The position numbers were made by a program, and so were the translations under genes. A stretch of 64,000 nucleotides of DNA from a virus. Its lineage: Duplodnaviria; Heunggongvirae; Uroviricota; Caudoviricetes. The stretch is taken from the IMG/VR virus record IMGVR_UViG_3300042514_001345; one strand, written 5' to 3'. Positions 1-8,731 of this stretch are shown one piece after another. The stretch's first letter is position 1, and every line of letters starts with the position of its first letter. Under the pieces are notes generated by a model. It saw nothing but the letters and a program-made list of their open reading frames with translations. It made no database searches and was not told the DNA's origin.

Positions 1-2
1 CG

Positions 3-1097
3 GCAGCATCCGCCGCTGCTAGTTCAGCCGCTAGTTCTGCTGCGAGTTCCGCTGCTAGTAGTTCTGCAAGTTCCGCAGCTAGTAGTTCCGCAAGTTCTGC
101 CGCGGCTAGTTCTGCGTCAACCCCACCGCCAGTGACACCACCACCATCAAGCGGAAGTTCATCATCAACACCACCTGCAACGAGTGGTGGATCATCATCC
201 TCTAGTAGTTCATCTTCTAGTAGTTCATCGTCATCATCATCGGAAAGTAAAACAGAAACTAAAACCGAAGCAAAGACGGAAAGTAAAAGTGAATCAAAAT
301 CGGAAACTAAATCTGAAGAGAAAAAAGAAGAAGCTAAATCAGAAACTAAAGAAGAAAAGAAAGAAGAGAGTAAATCAGAGGAGAAAAAAGAGGAAAAGAA
401 AGAAGAAAAAAAGGAAGAAAAGAAAAAGGAAAAAGCGGCGGTAACTAATCCAATGTTATTGTCATCAGATTTGTCAACAATTGAATCGCCTGACGGTAGA
501 TGGTTACAATCAGCAACTATTGGTGTTTCTAAATCATCGTTAGGTGGCGATAAAAGTTATTCTGCAAATACGGTCATTATGAGCGATTTAAAGACGTTTA
601 TTGTTAGTGGTGGATATACTAAGATGGACTTTAATGGAGGCAAATTAAACGCAATACATTCGTATTCAAGCGCATTTGCTTATTTGAATGGTAATTACAT
701 GAATTTATTGGGGTATACGTGGATTAAACCAACCCCAAAACATGGTGTTTTTGGTTATAACTTAGGTTTGATTAATTTATTTTTGAAATCGACAGATACC
801 ACATATGACTATAACATGTCAACCTCTGTTGTGGCATTTTGGACCAAGCCATATCAGTATAGTAAAAAATTAACCATTTCACCTCAGTTATTTACGATGT
901 TTGCACCAATATCTTGGAATAGTGTTGCTGGAACAACTACGGTAAATAGACATATGGGCTTTTTGGTAGGTGCTTCCTTTGATTATAAAATTAGTAAGAG
1001 GTTTGGATTTAGTTTTAACTATAAACTAAGTGGAAATACCGCTTCAGGAACACCATTCTTAAGTAATTTCTTAATCGGTACTAGAGCTATATTATAA
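3..1097 (+). CDS. 5-prime partial low-complexity protein: Ser/Ala-rich, then Lys/Glu-rich, with a C-terminal beta-strand-rich domain that may be an outer-membrane beta-barrel
   Basis: The frame is open from the window edge, so the GTG at 132 is probably not the true start. Translation gives AASAAASS..., then a (K/E/S/T)n run, then about 220 aa with an alternating hydrophobic pattern (GFSFNYKLSG, GFLVGASFDYKIS). Confidence 0.45.
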   Translation, partial: AASAAASSAASSAASSAASSSASSAASSSASSAAASSASTPPPVTPPPSSGSSSSTPPATSGGSSSSSSSSSSSSSSSSSESKTETKTEAKTESKSESKSETKSEEKKEEAKSETKEEKKEESKSEEKKEEKKEEKKEEKKKEKAAVTNPMLLSSDLSTIESPDGRWLQSATIGVSKSSLGGDKSYSANTVIMSDLKTFIVSGGYTKMDFNGGKLNAIHSYSSAFAYLNGNYMNLLGYTWIKPTPKHGVFGYNLGLINLFLKSTDTTYDYNMSTSVVAFWTKPYQYSKKLTISPQLFTMFAPISWNSVAGTTTVNRHMGFLVGASFDYKISKRFGFSFNYKLSGNTASGTPFLSNFLIGTRAIL

Positions 1098-1154
1098 CGC
1101 TATTTTAATCTAAAACAATTCACTTTTTTGTGTTTTTTTAATATTATTATTAAT

Positions 1155-1892
1155 ATGAAAATATTAGTAATCGGAGACGTTTGTGATGACGTTTTTATTT
1201 ACGGAGTGTGCGAAAGATTATGCCCTGAAGCACCCGTTCCGGTTTTTAAACCGACAAAAGTAACTAGAAATTTAGGGATGGCTGGTAATGTCTATGATAA
1301 TTTATTATCATTGGATGTTGAGGTAGTTGATTTACTATCAAATAAAGAAAAAATAACGAAAACTAGATATGTTGATGAAAAATCAAATCAAATGTTAATT
1401 CGTGTAGACGATAATGATGTTATTGAAAACACATTTAAGTTTGAATCTATCGATTTTGAAAAATATGATGCAGTTATTGTTTCAGATTATGATAAGGGGT
1501 TTTTAACAACTAAAGATTTGGAATTAATATCTAATTCACATAATTTAACATTTTTAGATACGAAAAAAATATTAGGTCCTTGGGCAATAAAATATTCATA
1601 CATAAAAATAAATGAAACTGAGTGGCAAAACTGTGAAAAAGGAGGATTAGATTATAACTACTGGAAAGAAAAACTAATTATTACTAAATCTAGTAAAGGT
1701 TGTTTTTTTAATGGTAAAACATACCCAACTGAAAACGAATTAGTTATAATGGATGTTAGTGGTGCGGGAGATACCTTTATGGCATCATTTGTTGTTTCAT
1801 ATGTGAAAAATAAAGACGTAGATGTTTCAATTAGATTTGCTAATCATTGTTCTGGTATCGTAATTCAAAAAAGAGGGGTTAGTACTTTATGA
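1155..1892 (+). CDS. D-glycero-beta-D-manno-heptose-7-phosphate kinase-like sugar kinase (HldE N-domain / HldA; pfkB ribokinase family)
   Basis: VIGDVCDDVFIYGVCERLCPEAPVPVFKP aligns with E. coli HldE VVGDVMLDRYWYG..ISPEAPVPVVK. A pfkB-family GAGDTF motif lies near the C-terminus. The ATG at 1155 is preferred over the TTG at 1128. Confidence 0.8.
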   Translation: MKILVIGDVCDDVFIYGVCERLCPEAPVPVFKPTKVTRNLGMAGNVYDNLLSLDVEVVDLLSNKEKITKTRYVDEKSNQMLIRVDDNDVIENTFKFESIDFEKYDAVIVSDYDKGFLTTKDLELISNSHNLTFLDTKKILGPWAIKYSYIKINETEWQNCEKGGLDYNYWKEKLIITKSSKGCFFNGKTYPTENELVIMDVSGAGDTFMASFVVSYVKNKDVDVSIRFANHCSGIVIQKRGVSTL

Positions 1893-2305
1893 AAAAAGTT
1901 TGGATAAATGGGTCATTTGATATTTTACATATTGGCCACATACGTCTTATAAATTTTGGGAAATCCTTTGGTTCTATAAGAGTGGGTTTGGACACAGACA
2001 AAAGAATTAATGAAAAAAAAGGGTTATTTAGACCATTTAACACACTATCGGATAGAATGGAGTTTATATCTAATATCAATGGAGTAGATTCGGTAGTATC
2101 TTTTAATTCAGACATTGAATTATCTGAATTAATTATGGATTATAACCCAGATTATTTTATTATTGGTGATGATTATCTGAATAAACCAATAATTGGTTCA
2201 CAATATGCAAAAGAAATTGTATATTTTAATAAAATTAACGGGTACTCAACCACTAATTTAATTTATAAATGTAAAAACGATGTTACCAGAACCACAAATT
2301 ACTGA
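1889..2305 (+). CDS. heptose-1-phosphate adenylyltransferase-like cytidylyltransferase (HldE C-domain / HldC)
   Basis: WINGSFDILHIGHIRLINFGKSFG matches the nucleotidyltransferase motif V-x-GxFDxxHxGH. It overlaps the upstream kinase gene with an ATGA junction. Confidence 0.8.
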   Translation: MKKVWINGSFDILHIGHIRLINFGKSFGSIRVGLDTDKRINEKKGLFRPFNTLSDRMEFISNINGVDSVVSFNSDIELSELIMDYNPDYFIIGDDYLNKPIIGSQYAKEIVYFNKINGYSTTNLIYKCKNDVTRTTNY

Positions 2306-2651
2306 TTGTTGTAAAATACCAAAAGGATGGGGGCACGAACTAATTATTGAGAATAATGAACTTTACTGCGGTAAAATTTTAGTTTTCAATAGCGGTTGTA
2401 GATTCTCAATGCATTATCATTTATTAAAGGATGAAACTTGGTATGTTAATTCAGGGGAATTTATCTATAAATTTATCGATACTGAAAAAGGATTAACAAA
2501 AGAAATAAATTTAAAAAAAGGTGACGTTGTTAGACAAAGACCAGGACAACCGCACCAATTAATAGCACTAACAGATGGTGAGATTTTTGAAGTATCAACA
2601 ACTCATTTCGATAGTGATAGTTATAGAATAGAAAAAGGAAATACATTATGA
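2280..2651 (+). CDS. cupin-fold protein (possible sugar isomerase/epimerase)
   Basis: Small beta-rich ORF with His-containing cupin-like motifs (GWGHELIIEN, FSMHYH). It sits inside the sugar-nucleotide cassette. Confidence 0.45.
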   Translation: MLPEPQITDCCKIPKGWGHELIIENNELYCGKILVFNSGCRFSMHYHLLKDETWYVNSGEFIYKFIDTEKGLTKEINLKKGDVVRQRPGQPHQLIALTDGEIFEVSTTHFDSDSYRIEKGNTL

Positions 2652-3052
2652 CAGAAAGAAAATATTTACCAACCTTAGCAGAATTAGTTGATAGATTATC
2701 AATATCACAATTAAAAGAGGTGTTTATAGCTGAACACAAAGTGGAATACTCACAAGAAATAAAGGATATTGTTCATGATATTCAGTTGTGTTTAAATGAT
2801 ACGGATCAACCGATAACCGCAGAAACAATTAGGGCGATTGTTGTTTTATCTCAAATGAATTTACACATTTGGCATAATGAATCAAATTACCGTAAAGGTA
2901 TTAAAGACGGTAATAACCTAGAATTAACCCACGGAATTAATGGTATTAGAAATACCGCTAAAAATAAAATACAAGAGATTGTTGGCGGTAGAAAAGATTA
3001 CAAAATAGATTGTTTAGCTGCCGATTTCAAAGATTGGGAAATTAGCTGGTAA
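2648..3052 (+). CDS. hypothetical protein
   Basis: 134-aa ORF overlapping the upstream stop codon (ATGA junction). Confidence 0.4.
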   Translation: MTERKYLPTLAELVDRLSISQLKEVFIAEHKVEYSQEIKDIVHDIQLCLNDTDQPITAETIRAIVVLSQMNLHIWHNESNYRKGIKDGNNLELTHGINGIRNTAKNKIQEIVGGRKDYKIDCLAADFKDWEISW

Positions 3053-3812
3053 TATTTTTTAATATAATATTAGCAATCGTCTTATGACCAGTTAAACCCA
3101 TATGGTGATCTGGCATTGTTTTACCTTCACCAAAAAATTCATAATCTTTATGTATTGTCATATATGGGTACATGCTAAAAAGCGTGTCAAAACAACTAAA
3201 TGTATATCCACCATATTCTAAATTTAAAAATTTTTTAGATAACAATTCATCATTTTTAATTAAATTAAGATAATCATTTGTCCAAGAAATAATATTGAAT
3301 TTTATATTTCTATTGTCTAGATATATTGCCAAATCTTTTATATTTAAAACTATTTGTTTTTTAAGATCATAAAGCCAGTCATCAATGTTTATTTTTTCTT
3401 CAATTAGATATTCTTTAAACTCTTTTAATTTATGATTATTATCGTGTAAATTAGACCCGTCTAACCATTTTTCTTCACCTTTATAAAAATAACGATATGG
3501 GGATCTAAATGGTTGTGTTGTTTGAAGTAATACATATTCAACATTTTCATCTATATTGTTTTTTATAAACTCAATACTTTCGAAATCTGAACCACCATTC
3601 TCATCTTTAACAATGTCCACTTTATTTAAGTGATTAGCTACAATTTTAGAATATCGATTTTTCTTTATAAAATCCACATGTTCATCGGTTAAAAATTCTT
3701 TAACATAATGATTTGACGGCATGATTTTAATATCGTTAAATTCACCATAGTATTGTAATCCTTGTCCCCAAGTAAATGAATCACCAGCAAAAATAAATTT
3801 TTTATTTAACAT
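3042..3812 (-). CDS. SGNH/GDSL-like hydrolase family protein
   Basis: N-terminal FIFAGDSFTWGQG matches SGNH block I (GDSxxxG). It is the first of three tandem paralogs. Confidence 0.5.
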   Translation of the reverse strand: MLNKKFIFAGDSFTWGQGLQYYGEFNDIKIMPSNHYVKEFLTDEHVDFIKKNRYSKIVANHLNKVDIVKDENGGSDFESIEFIKNNIDENVEYVLLQTTQPFRSPYRYFYKGEEKWLDGSNLHDNNHKLKEFKEYLIEEKINIDDWLYDLKKQIVLNIKDLAIYLDNRNIKFNIISWTNDYLNLIKNDELLSKKFLNLEYGGYTFSCFDTLFSMYPYMTIHKDYEFFGEGKTMPDHHMGLTGHKTIANIILKNITS

Positions 3813-4557
3813 AGATAAAGTTGTGTAATTCTTTAGCGATATGCTTCATACCCGAAACCGAAAGATGAGAGTCAGTGGGTAAGCAATAGTTATTTTTAAT
3901 AGTATGTTTAAGCATTGAATAATCCCCATTAATATTGAAAAACCCTCGTTTTTTTAATTCGGATAATTCTTTATTTTTATTTATTTCTGGCCAATATATA
4001 AAAATAATTTTAGAATTAAATTTCTCAGCATATGCATTTAACACATCGATTTGATACATTAGATACATGAAAGATTCGTGTTCATTAAAAACATATTTAA
4101 GGTATGTTTCATATGATACTTTTAATTCATTAAGTATGTCATCTGGTATATTGTTATCAATTTTACCATAACTTGATTGTATAACATTTTTAATAAAATC
4201 AATATGAAAAGGAAATTTTAATTCATCGCTTGATTCGTTAATCATTGGGATTGAATTTATAAATTCTGGCTGATAATCAACCCAAGAATTTATGATGTCA
4301 TGATATCCACCTGTTCTATGTAAAAAAGTTAATTGACAAATAAATAACGAATTATTATAATCTTCTTGATTAATTGCGTCATATATTTTTTTTAATATTA
4401 AATTATTACTTTGTCCTGGATATGCATAAGATTTAACCTTAGAATGATCACCTAAGGTCTTGTCATAAACAAGTAATGAAAATTCATGTGGAAAACTAGG
4501 ATTTCCGCATGAATATGAACAACCAGTAAAAAGTATTTTATTCTGCAATGAATTCAA
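3802..4557 (-). CDS. SGNH-like paralog with a GCSY block-I variant
   Basis: N-terminal ILFTGCSYSCG is paralogous to the ORFs at 3042..3812 and 5799..6845. Confidence 0.45.
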   Translation of the reverse strand: MNSLQNKILFTGCSYSCGNPSFPHEFSLLVYDKTLGDHSKVKSYAYPGQSNNLILKKIYDAINQEDYNNSLFICQLTFLHRTGGYHDIINSWVDYQPEFINSIPMINESSDELKFPFHIDFIKNVIQSSYGKIDNNIPDDILNELKVSYETYLKYVFNEHESFMYLMYQIDVLNAYAEKFNSKIIFIYWPEINKNKELSELKKRGFFNINGDYSMLKHTIKNNYCLPTDSHLSVSGMKHIAKELHNFIYVK

Positions 4558-5824
4558 ATGGTTTTAATGTCATGGTTGGAACAAACCTATGGTGATAGTG
4601 TTCTGTATTATGTGATGTTTCTTTAAAATTTGAAAAATACATACCATGCATTTCATCATCAGTTAACTCACATAATTTTTTTATGTGATTCATAAATGAA
4701 TATAACACATATTCTTTTTCAACATATGGATCAACATGTTTAATTTTATTTTCATAATCCTTAAAATATATTGGGTTATCAAAACTAAATCCAGATTCTT
4801 TAAGAAATGGATAATATTTTTCACTATTAATTCCACAAAAAGGTGTGAATGACGCAAGTGGTTTCCAGGTCTTTTCACTAACCCAAGTTCTATCTTTTAC
4901 CCCAAAAAAGGTTTCAATAAAAATCTCAAAATAAGTGGATATTTGCAACGGAAGATTTGATGTGTGAAAACCAACTTGTCTTAATGTAAAAATTTGTTTA
5001 TTTTCTACCCTTTCTCGCATCATTCCAATAAAATCGGTGTCAGATTTTTCAACTACGTCATCTGCCATTGAATCAATTAATAATGGAAACTTTTTAGAAA
5101 ATGGGTGATTGTACATATATTCAACCTCATAATCCGAGTTGTACATTTTTGCTGTTTCGTTTACTGGAAAAATATTTAAATCCGGAAAAGAAATCTTACC
5201 CAAATTTTCAAAACCGTTTTCGTGTATAAACTTAACAACTCTCCATCTTGTTAATTTGGGGTGATGGTTAAAAAATATAAATCTATTTTGTTTTTTAAAT
5301 TGAGTTGTTGACACCATAGATTGTATGAAATTTAAATTGTCTGGTGTTAGGCAGTATGAATGTGGTTTATCATCCCAAAAGAAAACTCTATGTGGGTAAT
5401 CACAAATTAATTGAGCATTACAACTAAAAACAATCCATCTGATATTTGGATATTTTTCCATTATTTTAGTCAATATTCCATGATATACATGATTGTAATA
5501 TTCAATATATGAAAATTCAAAAATAATTTTATTTACATCTGGAACTTCACTTATGAGTTTTTCTATAGCCACTTCCATATTTGTTGACCTTTCTGGAGGG
5601 GTGATATCATTATCTGTAAACATTGTAGCAATCATTAGATTATAGATAATAACAGTGTCATTTGATTTATCCAAATAACTTGCAATGTTTCGATTTTTAA
5701 TTAAACCCAATTCTATTAAACGATTGAATTTCCCAACAAATTTATGGGAATTAATATTGTATTTTGCTTTTTCAATAAATCTATTATGCCCTTCGGTTTC
5801 ATAGAAGTGTAACTTTGCCGCCAT
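4538..5824 (-). CDS. hypothetical protein (428 aa) within the carbohydrate cassette
   Basis: Long ORF that overlaps its neighbours. No motif was recognised. Confidence 0.4.
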   Translation of the reverse strand: MAAKLHFYETEGHNRFIEKAKYNINSHKFVGKFNRLIELGLIKNRNIASYLDKSNDTVIIYNLMIATMFTDNDITPPERSTNMEVAIEKLISEVPDVNKIIFEFSYIEYYNHVYHGILTKIMEKYPNIRWIVFSCNAQLICDYPHRVFFWDDKPHSYCLTPDNLNFIQSMVSTTQFKKQNRFIFFNHHPKLTRWRVVKFIHENGFENLGKISFPDLNIFPVNETAKMYNSDYEVEYMYNHPFSKKFPLLIDSMADDVVEKSDTDFIGMMRERVENKQIFTLRQVGFHTSNLPLQISTYFEIFIETFFGVKDRTWVSEKTWKPLASFTPFCGINSEKYYPFLKESGFSFDNPIYFKDYENKIKHVDPYVEKEYVLYSFMNHIKKLCELTDDEMHGMYFSNFKETSHNTEHYHHRFVPTMTLKPFEFIAE

Positions 5825-6845
5825 ATTCTTTTAAGTTTTTATAATTATCAATTGTTATTTCTTTAAAATTATTGTTTTTATAATCCCAATCCTTTATGAA
5901 TTCATTATTGACTTGGTCTATTAAACCAGAGTCCACAGCATATCTAAAGTCACCATATTGGTTTAAATGATCTCCGAAGGATACTGGTTTAACACCATGT
6001 GTTAAGTACCCGATTGTGCCGATATTTTCTAACGCAAATTCATCAATCCCACCATACTCAATTCTATCATTATTATATAGAATAAAATTACCCCAATCAA
6101 TTAGATTGCGATATTTTGACCACTTTTTATCGTTGTACAAAATAGAATCTTTCCATTTTTTAGGTAATATATATTTGGTGTTATCTACTTCTTCAATTTT
6201 CTCAACCCCTTCAATTTTTTCAACCGTTTTGATTTCAAACTCATTTAAGGGAGTACTTGTCCTATCGAAATTAAAACCAGTTAATGAGGCATTAAAGAAT
6301 AAAAATCGATATTTAATATCGTTTATTTTTAAAAAATTTTGCAAGTTAGTAATGTCAAAATGATACCTTATTGCTCTTTCGGTTGGAGAATTGGTTGGTT
6401 GAGATTTTAATAGAAATTCTTTGAATTCTTTATATTCTTTTTTCTTTTCACGATAAATTGTACCAAGTTGATTTTCAATATTAATAAAACCAATATTGTC
6501 TATTCCTTGACTATATATTTCACAATCATTTCGTAGTTTCCAAGTACTAGCATCAAACGATGTTGTAAATATTTTAACCTCTTCGAATTCAGTAATATCA
6601 TAAGATGTTGTTTCTCTAAACATACTTGACCATTGACAAATAACAAATATATTTTTTGGTTGAACTCCTTTATCCAATAATTTTTGAACAAACATCATTG
6701 CCGAATATAACTGATACTGACTACCTAAAGAACTACCTTGTAAGTTATATACTTTTATATCACCAAAGTAACCAATGTTTATTAAGTCCCGAAAAGCTCT
6801 TGCTTGTTGACCATATGAACATCCAGTAAATACTAAGTGTTTCAT
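5799..6845 (-). CDS. SGNH-like paralog with a GCSY block-I variant
   Basis: N-terminal LVFTGCSYGQQ matches the 3802..4557 ORF. Confidence 0.45.
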   Translation of the reverse strand: MKHLVFTGCSYGQQARAFRDLINIGYFGDIKVYNLQGSSLGSQYQLYSAMMFVQKLLDKGVQPKNIFVICQWSSMFRETTSYDITEFEEVKIFTTSFDASTWKLRNDCEIYSQGIDNIGFINIENQLGTIYREKKKEYKEFKEFLLKSQPTNSPTERAIRYHFDITNLQNFLKINDIKYRFLFFNASLTGFNFDRTSTPLNEFEIKTVEKIEGVEKIEEVDNTKYILPKKWKDSILYNDKKWSKYRNLIDWGNFILYNNDRIEYGGIDEFALENIGTIGYLTHGVKPVSFGDHLNQYGDFRYAVDSGLIDQVNNEFIKDWDYKNNNFKEITIDNYKNLKEYGGKVTLL

Positions 6846-7387
6846 CTATCTCTTTTTTGTAGTGTTGGGTTAGTTGTTGGCCATTCCATTTGATATTCTG
6901 GGTCGTTCCATTTAACAACACCTTGTTCGTTTGCATCAACGTAACCATCTTTATAAAATAAATTATAATGAAACATACAATCAGTTAATGCATAATGGCC
7001 GTTAGCAAAACCTGGAGGTATTAAAACTTGATTTCTATCTTTTTCAGTTATCATAAATGATTCCCAGTCACCAAAAGTATCTGAATTTGGTCTCATATCT
7101 AAAACCACTAGATAGATATCACCTACCGCCGCCTGAACTAATTTCCAGGTTTTATTGTCATAATGTAGTCCCCTTAATACACCTTTATATGATTTAGAAA
7201 AACGACCATGAATACTAATCTCATTTTTTTCATAATGAATATGTCTCATTACTGGATGTTCTTCACTATGAAATGTTGTAAAAATTTCACCCCTATATTC
7301 TCTGTATATTGAGGGTGTAAAAGTAGGTACCTGATACCCGAATTTTTTTGATGGTGTTTCTATGAACTCATCCCATTTATTACTCAT
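6842..7387 (-). CDS. dTDP-4-dehydrorhamnose 3,5-epimerase-like (RmlC-family cupin) NDP-sugar epimerase
   Basis: RGEIFTTFH...KGVLRGLHYD...GDIYLVVLDMRP...VLIPPGFANGHYAL matches the conserved RmlC core (RGLHxQ, IPxGxAHGF). Confidence 0.75.
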   Translation of the reverse strand: MSNKWDEFIETPSKKFGYQVPTFTPSIYREYRGEIFTTFHSEEHPVMRHIHYEKNEISIHGRFSKSYKGVLRGLHYDNKTWKLVQAAVGDIYLVVLDMRPNSDTFGDWESFMITEKDRNQVLIPPGFANGHYALTDCMFHYNLFYKDGYVDANEQGVVKWNDPEYQMEWPTTNPTLQKRDR

Positions 7388-7388
7388 A

Positions 7389-8357
7389 CTATGTGTTGTT
7401 TGCGTATCCTAAAGGAAAACCATTTCTAAATTCAGATGTCATTCTTGGTATGAGGACTTGATATGTTTTCATCAATTCAACAATACCGTCATCTAAACCA
7501 TAATTAGGTTTCCATCCAATAGATTCTATTTTATTGTTTGATACAATATAATCTCGTTTATCCGGATCTTCGTAAAAATCAGAATATGATATGGCAAAGT
7601 CAGGAATGTATTGTTTTATCTTGGTTAAAAGTTCTTCCTTATTTAAATTGGCATCACTTAAACCAACATTATACACATTATTTTTCATTGTGTCATAGTT
7701 CTCAATGGCGAATGTAAAAACGTTTGCAACGTCTTGTATGTGTATGAAATTACGTTTAAAATGTTTTTCAAAAACGACAATATACTTGTCTGTCATCGCT
7801 TTATAAACAAACTCATTAACTAATAAATCGGTTCTCATTCTTGGGGAACTACCAAATACTGTCGCCAATCTAAAACAAACTGCGGATGTACTAAACATCA
7901 ATAAATTTTCAGCAGCACATTTACTTTCACCATAAACAGATATCGGTTTTAATGGGGATTCTTCAGTACATTCAGTTTGATTCTCACCAATACCATATCC
8001 ACTATTTGTGTTCGGATAGAGGATTAGTTGATTTTTAGACAGATGAGGTACTATATTTTTTACTTGTTCAAAATTAACATCCCAAGATAGTTTAGGATCG
8101 GCTTTACATGCTGGAAATCCAACAATGGCGGCTAAAGGAATAATCACATCGTGTGTTTTAACCAGCTTTTCTAATAAACTTTCATTACGCACGTCACCAT
8201 AAATAAAATTATATTTTGGGTTATAAGTGAATTGTAGCGGGGATATTTGTTTGAACATTAGGTTATCTAGTACGGTAACTTGATGACCTAAATCTAGCAT
8301 GTTTTTAGTGATGACGGAACCAAGATAACCAGCACCACCTGTTATAAGAATTTTCAT
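7389..8357 (-). CDS. NAD-dependent epimerase/dehydratase (extended SDR)
   Basis: MKILITGGAGYLGS Rossmann motif with a YGESK (YxxxK) catalytic dyad. Length is 322 aa. Confidence 0.7.
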   Translation of the reverse strand: MKILITGGAGYLGSVITKNMLDLGHQVTVLDNLMFKQISPLQFTYNPKYNFIYGDVRNESLLEKLVKTHDVIIPLAAIVGFPACKADPKLSWDVNFEQVKNIVPHLSKNQLILYPNTNSGYGIGENQTECTEESPLKPISVYGESKCAAENLLMFSTSAVCFRLATVFGSSPRMRTDLLVNEFVYKAMTDKYIVVFEKHFKRNFIHIQDVANVFTFAIENYDTMKNNVYNVGLSDANLNKEELLTKIKQYIPDFAISYSDFYEDPDKRDYIVSNNKIESIGWKPNYGLDDGIVELMKTYQVLIPRMTSEFRNGFPLGYANNT

Positions 8358-8398
8358 AGGGAAATGTACTAAAAAAAAATAAAAAAGTGAATATACGA

Positions 8399-8731
8399 TT
8401 AGTTAATATTTGCAAAATAATCGTGCAGATTTTTAATTTCAGCACATTTCTCATAGTCCTCATTATCTTCGTAATATGGTAATATTTGCTTAATTAAAAT
8501 TTCGTAATCCAACTTCTTAAAACTAAATTCGGTATCCCATGACAACACACCCATATCCGTTGACACCAATAAGGTTAAAACACGTTTTCTGGAATTGTTT
8601 TTAAATTCGGTGTAAATGTCTAAAACACCGCGATAAATTCCGTCTCGATTTGTGTTATACAAATCCTTAAAATCGTTGTACATTCTTTTTTCAATCTCAA
8701 CAACGATGAATGGTTCTTTTTTTCTAGTCAT
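8399..8731 (-). CDS. hypothetical protein
   Basis: 110-aa ORF. Confidence 0.35.
   Translation of the reverse strand: MTRKKEPFIVVEIEKRMYNDFKDLYNTNRDGIYRGVLDIYTEFKNNSRKRVLTLLVSTDMGVLSWDTEFSFKKLDYEILIKQILPYYEDNEDYEKCAEIKNLHDYFANIN

Noticed and set aside
184-444. ORF encoding a poly-Lys/Arg peptide
   Set aside because: It is an alternate-frame read-through of the low-complexity GAA/AAG repeat DNA inside the 3-1097 gene, a compositional artifact.
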